64,000 bases of DNA, taken from the NCBI GenBank assembly GCA_963798845.1, contig CAWCUS010000001.1, positions 384,001 through 448,000 on the forward strand, in the 5' to 3' direction. Shown here piece after piece: positions 7,891 through 15,499 of the stretch. How positions within the stretch are numbered: the stretch's first letter is position 1; the number at the start of each line of letters is the position of its first letter. The translations under genes were made by a program, and so were the position numbers. The stretch is from an uncultured Gemmatimonadales bacterium. GTDB lineage: Bacteria; Gemmatimonadota; Gemmatimonadetes; Longimicrobiales; RSA9. The notes below the pieces were generated by a model, which saw only the letters and a program-made list of their open reading frames with translations, was not told where the DNA came from and ran no database searches.

Positions 7891-9320
7891 TAGGCGCCCT
7901 CGTCCAGTCTGATGAGCGCCGGGGCCAACACGGTCGCGGGGTCGCCGCCGGCCGGGGTTTCAACGACACGGACCACGGGGCGTCCCTTGACGGTCATGCG
8001 GTCCACGGTCCCGGCCCGCCCGGGGCGGGCGGCGAGGACGCGGCGGTAGTCGGTGGCGAAGCGGTCGGCGGAGGCGTCGTCGTCCCACACGGAGTACCAG
8101 ACCAGCGCCTGTCGGCCGTCGGGGCCGTCCAGGAGCGCGTAGCGGTCACCGTCCCAGCCGCGGGCGAAGTCGACGCCGGCCGCGCCCGGCCGAGCGCCCT
8201 CCCCATTCCGTGGGGCGCCGGCCGCGCCCGGCCGAGCGCCCTCCCCATTCCGCCGGGCGCCGGCCGCCCGGGGCGAACCGTCGGCGGCGGCCTCATCTCC
8301 GAGGTACTCGTCGAGGATGATGGACGTCTCGAGCTCGCCGAAATCGTTGGCGTAGGCCACGCTCCAGCCGTCGCCGGGAGCGCCCAGGTAGAGCGTGGTG
8401 GGCGCGTCGCGCGAGTCGATGAAGCGGTCCACGGGTCGCAGGACCTGCTCGGTGGACTGCGGAAGGAGGTCGCCGAAGGGGATGGGGATGTCGTCGCCCC
8501 GGCGGTGGCGAAAAAGCGCCTGCACGAACACGGCGCCGCCCATGTAGGGGAAGATGAGCGTCTCCCGGATGATGCGAGGGGCGCGCTGGAAGACGGGGTA
8601 GCGGTCGTTATGCCCCTCGATGGCCGGACGAAGGAGGCCGCGCATGTCAGGGAGGGTGCCCGGGTCGACGCGCTTGCCGGTTGCCCGCGCGGTCTGGAGG
8701 GCGGCCATGACCAGCGTCGCCTGCCCCTCGGCCGCGGCCTGCGCGGCCATCTGGCGGTCGTTGCCGCGCTCCCGCGACACCAGGGAGTCCAGGTCGGTGT
8801 ACTGGTCCTGGAGCGCGTGCACCAGCTCGTGGGCGACCACCGGCGCAGCGGAGTCCGCGGCCACCCCCGCCAGCACGTAGAGCCGGTCCGACTTGGGATC
8901 GTAGTAGCCCACCACCTGCTCGGCGTACAGCTCCAGCAGGAGCACGCGCAGGTCCATGGTGTCCGGGATCAGCCCGAGCGCGCGGTACACCCGCTCGGTC
9001 CCGCGCAGCTCCTCCGGGCCCATATCCTCGTCGAGCTGCGCGTCGATGAACGCCCGCGCGTCCGAGCGGGACTGGAGCGCGTACGCCACCGGGTGCTGCA
9101 CGGGCAGCCCGCTCGCCTTGGAGATCTCCGGGACCAGCGCGTCGATCATGGCCGCGAGCCCCGCCGAGTCCAGGGGCGCCCCCGGCGTCGAGCCCGCGCG
9201 GGCGACGCCGCCGCCCGCCTCCGAGCGCTGTCGGGCCGCCGCGCCGCCCCAGCTGTCGCAGGCGGCCTGGGACAGCGCGAGGGCCGCCACGGCGACGGCC
9301 GCGATGCTACGCCCCGTCAT
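7890..9320 (-). CDS. Putative secreted or lipoprotein zinc metallopeptidase (HExxH)
   Basis: Signal peptide ending LSQAAC; VVGYYDP...VVAHELVHALQDQ...AAAEGQAT zincin pattern; LPQSTEQVL, GWDGDRY. Confidence 0.7.
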   Translation of the reverse strand: MTGRSIAAVAVAALALSQAACDSWGGAAARQRSEAGGGVARAGSTPGAPLDSAGLAAMIDALVPEISKASGLPVQHPVAYALQSRSDARAFIDAQLDEDMGPEELRGTERVYRALGLIPDTMDLRVLLLELYAEQVVGYYDPKSDRLYVLAGVAADSAAPVVAHELVHALQDQYTDLDSLVSRERGNDRQMAAQAAAEGQATLVMAALQTARATGKRVDPGTLPDMRGLLRPAIEGHNDRYPVFQRAPRIIRETLIFPYMGGAVFVQALFRHRRGDDIPIPFGDLLPQSTEQVLRPVDRFIDSRDAPTTLYLGAPGDGWSVAYANDFGELETSIILDEYLGDEAAADGSPRAAGARRNGEGARPGAAGAPRNGEGARPGAAGVDFARGWDGDRYALLDGPDGRQALVWYSVWDDDASADRFATDYRRVLAARPGRAGTVDRMTVKGRPVVRVVETPAGGDPATVLAPALIRLDEGA

Positions 9321-9933
9321 CCTGGGCCTCGCGACGCTGCAGCGCCTCGCCGTCGGGATCCTCCGGTCCCGGCAGCCCCTCGCCATCCTCGTCCTCCCGC
9401 CCCTGCAGCGCCTCGCCATCCTCGTGCTCCCGGCCCAGCAGCGCTTCGCCCCGCCCCAGCGCGCGCATCCCCGGCGTCGGCGACGCTGCGGGTTCCTCGC
9501 GCAGCGACCGTCCGGTGGCCGGGTCCAGCAACTCCGGATCCAGCTCGAGGAGCGGCACCAGCACGAAGGGCCGGTCTCGCATCCGGGGATGCGGGATCGT
9601 GAGCCCGGGGCGGTCGATCCGCCGGTCATCGTAGAGCAGGATGTCGACGTCGAGCGTGCGCGGGCCGTTGCGTACGGTCCGCTCGCGCCCGCGCTCTCGT
9701 TCCAGGCGGCGCGCCAGGACGAGCAGCGCGTCGGGCGCCAGGGCAGTGTCGACGCGGGCCACCATGTTCAGGAAGCGGGGCTGCTCCGTGTAGCCCACCG
9801 GCTCGGTCTCGTAAACGGTCGACATGCCGGTGAGCTCGACGTCGGGCTCGCGGGCGAGGGCGCGGAGTGCGTGAGCCAGGTGACGCTCGCGCTCGCCGAC
9901 GTTGGTGCCGAGGCCGAGCCAGGCGGTGGCCAC
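9307..9933 (-). CDS. folK: 2-amino-4-hydroxy-6-hydroxymethyldihydropteridine diphosphokinase
   Basis: AWLGLGTNVG, YETEPVG, FLNMV, GPRTLDVDILLY, LTIPHPRMRDRPFVLVPL. Confidence 0.95.
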   Translation of the reverse strand: MATAWLGLGTNVGERERHLAHALRALAREPDVELTGMSTVYETEPVGYTEQPRFLNMVARVDTALAPDALLVLARRLERERGRERTVRNGPRTLDVDILLYDDRRIDRPGLTIPHPRMRDRPFVLVPLLELDPELLDPATGRSLREEPAASPTPGMRALGRGEALLGREHEDGEALQGREDEDGEGLPGPEDPDGEALQRREAQDDGA

Positions 9934-9943
9934 GTCGCCGCTA

Positions 9944-10333
9944 TCAGGCGCGGCCGTAGCGGTCCTGGAGCCGGACGACGTCGTCGAGCTCGGGCGTGGA
10001 CGCTTCCAGGATGTCCACGTCCGTGATCGCCGTCATGCGGTGCACCGTGCCGGGCGTGACGTGATAGCTCCCGCCCGTCTCCAGCGGCACTTCCGCCAGC
10101 GCCTCCACGCTGGGACCGGCCTCGAACTTCATGCGTCCGGTGAGCAGGTGGATGGTCTCGTCCTTCCGCTCGTGGTACTGGAGCGACAGGGCGTGGCCCG
10201 CCTTCACGTGCAGGATCTTGCCCACGTAGCGCCCGGTGTGCGCCCAGATCAGCTCATGGCCCCACGGCTTGTCCACGCGCACGGGCTGCGTCAGACCGCC
10301 CTTTTCCGCCGCCTTCCCGGCCGGCCCGCTCAT
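9944..10333 (-). CDS. Cupin domain protein (mannose-6-phosphate isomerase-like)
   Basis: VDKPWGHE, LSLQYHERKDET, PGTVHRM, DVVRLQDRYGR. Confidence 0.85.
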   Translation of the reverse strand: MSGPAGKAAEKGGLTQPVRVDKPWGHELIWAHTGRYVGKILHVKAGHALSLQYHERKDETIHLLTGRMKFEAGPSVEALAEVPLETGGSYHVTPGTVHRMTAITDVDILEASTPELDDVVRLQDRYGRA

Positions 10334-11574
10334 GCGACGAACCTCACGCGCGCGAACCGCCGCTTCCCCCGGCGGAAGACCTTCTCGTCCCCTTCATCCG
10401 CTATCACCATGGCGTTCCGATCCTCCACCGAGTCTCCGTCCACGGCCACCGCTCCCTGTTCGATGAGTCGCGCCGCCTCGCTGTTCGACGACGCCAGCCC
10501 CGCCACGACGAGGACGCCGGCCACCCAAACCTGCCCGTCCTCGTGACGGACGCGCTCGTCGCCGAGCCGGACGGCGATCTCCGGCATCTCGTCCGGGTCC
10601 TCCTTCTTCCGGAAGACCTGGTCGAAGTGCGCTTCTCCCGCCTTCGCGCCATTCTCCCCGTGGTACGTGGCCGTGATCAGCCTGGCCAGCGCCCGCTTGG
10701 CCGCGTACGGCTCGTCGCCGGCGTGGCCAAGGGCGGTCTCCAGGGCGTCGCCCGTCAGCCCGCTGGCCATCCGGTACCACTCGCCGATGAGCGTGTCGGG
10801 GATCGACATGGTCTTCCCGTACATCTCCTCCGGCGGCTCCGTGAGGCCGATGTAGTTGTCGTACGACTTCGACATCTTCTGCTCGCCATCCGTGCCCCGG
10901 AGCAGCGGCATGATCAGGCAGACCTGGGGCTCCTGCCCGTATCGCTCCTGAATGGTCCTCGCCACAAGCAGGTTGAACTTCTGGTCGCTCCCGCCCAGCT
11001 CCACGTCGGCGCCCAGCGCCACCGAGTCGTACGCCTGCATGAGCGGGTACATGAGCTCCATCATGGAGATCGGGCGGTTCTCCTTGAGCCGCTTCTCGAA
11101 GTCGTCCCGTTCCAGCATGCGGGCGACCGTGTAGCCCGCCGTGAGCTTGAGGATGTCCGCCAGGTTCAGCGGTGCCAGCCACTTCGAGTTCGGCTCCACG
11201 CGCACGCGGTCCACGTTCAGGATACGCCCCACCTGCTCCGCGTACGTGGCCGCGTTGGCCTCGATCTCCTCCGGCGACAGCGCCGGCCGGGTCTCGCTCC
11301 GCCCGCTCGGGTCCCCCACCCGGGCCGTGTAGTCGCCCACCACGAACACCACGCTGTGGCCCAGCTCCTGGAACGTGCGGAGCTTCCGCATGCTCACGGC
11401 GTGGCCGATGTGCAGGTCCGGCCGCGTGGGGTCGAAGCCCTGCTTGATGATCAGGGGCGTCCCCTGCTCCGAGCTCCGCTCCAGCTTCCGGACCAGGTCG
11501 ACTTCGGGGATGATCTCCAGCGCGTCGCGCCGGATCTCGTCCATCTGCTCGTTCACGGGTGGGAACTTCGGCAC
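10330..11574 (-). CDS. tyrS: Tyrosine--tRNA ligase
   Basis: GFDPTRPDLHIGH (HIGH), YPLMQAYD, GGSDQKFN, KMSKS, C-terminal S4 domain; GTG start chosen. Confidence 0.97.
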   Translation of the reverse strand: MPKFPPVNEQMDEIRRDALEIIPEVDLVRKLERSSEQGTPLIIKQGFDPTRPDLHIGHAVSMRKLRTFQELGHSVVFVVGDYTARVGDPSGRSETRPALSPEEIEANAATYAEQVGRILNVDRVRVEPNSKWLAPLNLADILKLTAGYTVARMLERDDFEKRLKENRPISMMELMYPLMQAYDSVALGADVELGGSDQKFNLLVARTIQERYGQEPQVCLIMPLLRGTDGEQKMSKSYDNYIGLTEPPEEMYGKTMSIPDTLIGEWYRMASGLTGDALETALGHAGDEPYAAKRALARLITATYHGENGAKAGEAHFDQVFRKKEDPDEMPEIAVRLGDERVRHEDGQVWVAGVLVVAGLASSNSEAARLIEQGAVAVDGDSVEDRNAMVIADEGDEKVFRRGKRRFARVRFVA

Positions 11575-11698
11575 GTCTCTTCCCTTCGTGCGGTCGGGGC
11601 CGCGTCCACTGCCGTTCCTCTCCGGCGCCGTCGCGCGCGCGGGTGTCGGAACCGGGGAAGGTGCCGGGACCGTGCAGGGAGTGTCAAGCCGGTGGGGA

Positions 11699-11933
11699 AG
11701 GGACGAAGGGGACGAAGGGCACGACGTTAAGGCCTGACACGAAGCCCACGAAGAGACGAAGGGAACCGGGCTCGAGCGGGCGCGAGGGCGTGGCAGGCGG
11801 CTGGGGCCCGGCAGCGTCCGGGGAAAACAGAATGGATCGCCCCGCGCGTATCCGGGCGGCGAACCATCCTGGCCCGGAATGCGGCGGGGCTGCCGCTCTT
11901 CGTGCCCTTCGACCCTACGAGCCCTTCGTGTCA
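11699..11933. repeat. Inverted pair of short (about 9 bp) ACGAAG-type repeat clusters
   Basis: GGGACGAAG GGGACGAAG...TGACACGAAG CCCACGAAG AGACGAAG (11699-11763) mirrored by CTCTTCGTG CCCTTCGAC...CCCTTCGTGTCA (11897-11933). Confidence 0.65.
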
Positions 11934-11989
11934 CGCCGTTCGGGCGGCCGGGCACACGCCCACATCCGCACCCGAGCCCCCCGGGCCGG

Positions 11990-12793
11990 CTACCACCCCC
12001 CCTTGATCCCCCTGAACATCAGCGGCCGCAGCCGTTTCCCCTTCTCCACGAAGTCGATGGTGTACGCCCGGATCTGCGGCCGCACCGGGCCGCCGTAGAA
12101 CTCGATGGCATAGAGCTCAGCGGGCTGTACCCCGAAGAGCATCTCCTCGGGCACGCGACGATCGTCGAGGAATACCGCGGGCTTCACCACGTTGCCGCGG
12201 TACCGCAAGCACAGCTTCCACGGCAGCGCGGTATCGCATGGCACGGGGAGGTACGGGCTGCGCCACCGGGCGGCGGTCAGCGCGTCGCTCGCCCCAACGC
12301 GCACCAGCTCCTCCCGCTCGATGGCCTTCACGGTTACCGGCGCCAGCCGCCGCCGCTCCTCCAGCCGCCTCGCCGTGACCCGGATCCGCTCGAGCTTCAC
12401 CGGCTGCGGCAGCAGGCCGATGGTGAGCATGTCCAGGTCCGCCACGCGCGTCCGCTCCTCCCAGGTGGCATACCCGAGCATCCGGATCCGCCACAGCTGC
12501 TCGCTCGCCGGCAGCCCACGCAGGAGGAAGCGGCCGTCGTCGTTCGTCACGGTGGTCCGGCCGAGCTCCGGCAGGCTCACGAGGGCGCCCGGGATGGCGG
12601 TGCCGCTCTGGATGTCCACCACGACGCCCGCGACCTCGATGGTGTCCGCCGGGATCGTGCGCTGTGCCCCGACCGCCGCCGGTGCCATGGCGAGCGCAGC
12701 CGTCGCCAGCACGGCCTGCCAGGAACGGGAGCGAGGCGATGTCGCACGGCTCGTCGCCGGTCGCCGGGTGGGTGAGGCGAGGAAGGTCAGCAT
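11990..12793 (-). CDS. Secreted protein with a carboxypeptidase-regulatory-like domain and a plug-like C-terminus
   Basis: Signal peptide (AVGAQ), GVVVDIQSGTAIPGALV...TNDDGRF...RMLGY; PAVFLDD...ELYAIEFY. Confidence 0.7.
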   Translation of the reverse strand: MLTFLASPTRRPATSRATSPRSRSWQAVLATAALAMAPAAVGAQRTIPADTIEVAGVVVDIQSGTAIPGALVSLPELGRTTVTNDDGRFLLRGLPASEQLWRIRMLGYATWEERTRVADLDMLTIGLLPQPVKLERIRVTARRLEERRRLAPVTVKAIEREELVRVGASDALTAARWRSPYLPVPCDTALPWKLCLRYRGNVVKPAVFLDDRRVPEEMLFGVQPAELYAIEFYGGPVRPQIRAYTIDFVEKGKRLRPLMFRGIKGGW

Positions 12794-12926
12794 GGCATGG
12801 CTCCGTTCCGAACGTGGGCCCGGGCAGTCCCCGGTGTCAAGCACCACGCCGGCCGTGCCCGCGCTGGGGCGTCGGTATATCTTTGGTGTGAGCCGCACCG
12901 TTTCCACGCCCAACCGAAGGAGGCGT

Positions 12927-13457
12927 ATGGCTCGCCAGCAGAGTCGTTCCTCGGCCCCATCCGACGCGGAGCTGCGCGCGCAGCTCGGCCCCGCCCACTC
13001 AGCCTACCGCGCCCTCCTCGACGGCCACCCGGCGCTGACGCCCGAGTGGAAGTGGTACGGGAAGAAGAACGGCTGGAGCCTCAAGCTCCTGGACGGGAAG
13101 CGGAACCTGTGCTTCATCGGTCCGCACGAAGGCTACTTCAACGCCGGGTTCGTGTTCGGTCATGATGCGGTCAACCGCGCGCTGGAGAGCGAGTCGCTTC
13201 CGGCCGACATCAAGCGCCTGATCGCCGATGCGCCCACGCTCCCCGAAGGCCGGGGCTTCCGCCTCGAGGTCCGGGACGAGTCGCTGCTCCCGGCCATCTC
13301 GCACCTCCTCGAAATCAAGCGCGGCCCGAAGCCCGCGACGGCTGCGCACGAGCGCGCCGCCCAGGGCCACAGCGCCCGGGAAGCCGCGGTGCCCAGGCCG
13401 CCGAGCGCGCCCCGGGCGGACCTGCGCATGCCGTCGCACCGGCGAGGACGGGGCTAG
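12927..13457 (+). CDS. DUF3788-like protein
   Basis: RBS AAGGAGG; EWKWYGKKNGWSLK...RNLCFIGP...FVFG...EGRGFRLEV pattern. Confidence 0.7.
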   Translation: MARQQSRSSAPSDAELRAQLGPAHSAYRALLDGHPALTPEWKWYGKKNGWSLKLLDGKRNLCFIGPHEGYFNAGFVFGHDAVNRALESESLPADIKRLIADAPTLPEGRGFRLEVRDESLLPAISHLLEIKRGPKPATAAHERAAQGHSAREAAVPRPPSAPRADLRMPSHRRGRG

Positions 13458-13972
13458 AAGGCGCGGCCGGAGGGCAGCGCACCGGCGCCCGCTTCTGCTT
13501 CCCGGAGGAGCGGCGGCAGCGGCTCGACCGTGACCCGGACCTCGGCGCCCGAGCCATCCCTGCCGTAGACCCGGATCCGCCCGGTTCCCGACTCCTCGAA
13601 CACGAGCGCGGCCGTGTGGACGATCTCCACCGGCATCATGGTGCAGTAGCCGCCGCGATGGTGGTTGTCGTACGGCGTGATCGTGGCGACGAGGCCATCC
13701 ACCCCCGTCTCCGTGCGCGCGCGTCCCCAGCAGCCGTCCGGCCCCGTGGTCGTCACGGTGACCTCGAACACGCTCCCGACCCCGACCGTGTCCGGAGCTT
13801 CGACGGACCGCACGCTCCCGAGAACCTCGTCCGTCTCGTCCACAAGCCCGCACCCGGCGGCCAGGAGCGCGGCGGCGCAGGCGGCGATCACTGTCGGGCG
13901 CACGCTCGTCCGCCCCGCCCCGCCCCTCGCGGACCCAGCCGTCCTCCTGCCCCGTCTCGCTTCACCGGTCAT
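13454..13972 (-). CDS. Hypothetical lipoprotein
   Basis: Lipobox LLAAGC; Cys pair (PDGCW, GYCTM) in a beta-rich body. Confidence 0.6.
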   Translation of the reverse strand: MTGEARRGRRTAGSARGGAGRTSVRPTVIAACAAALLAAGCGLVDETDEVLGSVRSVEAPDTVGVGSVFEVTVTTTGPDGCWGRARTETGVDGLVATITPYDNHHRGGYCTMMPVEIVHTAALVFEESGTGRIRVYGRDGSGAEVRVTVEPLPPLLREAEAGAGALPSGRAF

Positions 13973-14560
13973 GGCCCACTCCCTGGCGGGGCGACGAAGG
14001 CAGCCGCCGCTCGAGCAGCTGCTCAAGCTCCTCGTCGCCGAGACCGCCGTCCAGGGCAATGATCCTCCCTTCCGGTCCCACCAGCAGCTTGGACGGAAGC
14101 GCATGGATGCGGTACGCGCTCCCCACCGGTCCCCGCGCCGGCCACCCCTCGCCGGCGTACGCCTGCGCCCACGGCATCGGCTGCCTCGTCAGGAACGAAC
14201 GCACCGTGTCGCGCGACACGTCGAACGACACGGTCACGATCCGGAATCCCCGCTCCGCGAACCGGTCGTGGAGCTCGCGCAGGTGGGGGATCTCGGCCAC
14301 GCACGGCTTCCACCACCCGGTCCAGGTACGCCGCCGCCCTCGCCGCCGCCGTGTCGCCCGCCGTGCCCCCAGCCTCACCGGCCGCGACACTCCCCGTCGA
14401 GCCCGCGCCCGTCGACAGCTCGCCGGCGTACCAGACCAGGCTGGCGGTCTCCGTGGGATCCGCCGCCCAGATGCGCGCCCCCGGCGCCACTTCCTCCAGG
14501 ACGCGCGTGAGCGGTTTCCCGCCCGGGTTCCGAAAGACGCGTATGTCGGTACGGGTTCGC
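13962..14560 (-). pseudogene. TlpA/ResA thiol-disulfide oxidoreductase C-terminal fragment joined out of frame to another coding fragment
   Basis: WTGWWKPCVAEIPHLRELHDRF...VSFD...YRIHALPSKLLVGPEGRII lacks the first Cys and the N-terminus; upstream a different frame reads protein-like. Confidence 0.6.
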
Positions 14561-14816
14561 TGGCGGCTCCGATCGCTGGAGCGATGCGGGAGGGGTCGAG
14601 CCGCGCATGGGGCCTCGGGAACCGCCCGGGTCTCTTCATGGAACGATCGAACGCTTGCGGATCTTACGTCACGCGTCCTGACGCCATGGACGAGCAGCGG
14701 CGAGGTGTCGCCCCACCGCGAGTGGTGGGAGCGGGGGAGCCGACCGGAACGTGAATGCCCGGAGCGCCTGCCAGCGCTCCTCCCTGGAGGCACCGTCCGC
14801 GCCCCCCCGCCGCCGG

Positions 14817-15305
14817 TCATCGGTAGGGGGGTTCGTCGCCGCGCTTCAGGAAGACCAGGATCAGGCCCGTCGAGCTCCTGGCGTAGCCGGGGCGGGTGGT
14901 CACGCCCTGGGGATACACCTCGACGGAAGCCACGTCCCGGGGCGCGATGTCGCCGAGGGCGCACGTGCCGGTCGTTCTCGTCCCGTCCACGTAGACCACC
15001 GGAGAGGAGAGGGGCCCCGGCAAGCGGCTCCCTCTCAGCACGATGGCGGGGCAGGTCGGCCTGTCGACGACCCGGGTGCTGGGGATGCGGACGCGGAGCG
15101 CTTCCAGCAGGGTCGGATACGATGCCACGTCCCCGCCCAGGAGGACGGCCGCGGCCAGCCTCGCACCGGCGATCCCGCCGGACTCCGGCGAGCCCGCCGC
15201 TGCGGGTGCGCAACCTGGCAGAGGCGCGGCGAGGGCGAGCACGCCGACGAACGCAAGGGCGGTGTATCCGGCTGATTGGTGGGGCGCGGCTCGAGACGGG
15301 ATCAT
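14817..15305 (-). CDS. Small lipoprotein with a TonB-receptor plug-like domain
   Basis: Lipobox LPGC; IVLRG...PVVYVDG...IAPRDVASVEVY...GLILVF plug signature; no beta-barrel. Confidence 0.7.
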   Translation of the reverse strand: MIPSRAAPHQSAGYTALAFVGVLALAAPLPGCAPAAAGSPESGGIAGARLAAAVLLGGDVASYPTLLEALRVRIPSTRVVDRPTCPAIVLRGSRLPGPLSSPVVYVDGTRTTGTCALGDIAPRDVASVEVYPQGVTTRPGYARSSTGLILVFLKRGDEPPYR

Positions 15306-15499
15306 GACGGCCTCCGGGTGTGGGGTTCCGCAGCTTGAGCGGGGCGGGCCGGCGTTGCTCCGCCCCCGGTGCGCGGGTACATTGGCCTGCAGCCCCCAAC
15401 GATCAGTCAGCGAACGCTCAACGCCGGTTGATCGGCTGCCTGACTCTCGCCCCAGGTCAGTGCTCGCGCTCCTGACCGGATCGCCAGAGCGCCCCTCGC

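Noticed and set aside
5554..7969. ORFs 5554..7527(-), 6548..7912(+), 7439..7969(-), 7441..7893(+)
   Set aside because: They are antisense or alternate-frame shadows running through stop-free GC repeats with mixed unit lengths.
11575..11990. T-box riboswitch upstream of tyrS
   Set aside because: No T-box consensus or U-tailed terminator was seen on the minus strand; the short inverted repeat clusters explain the region better.
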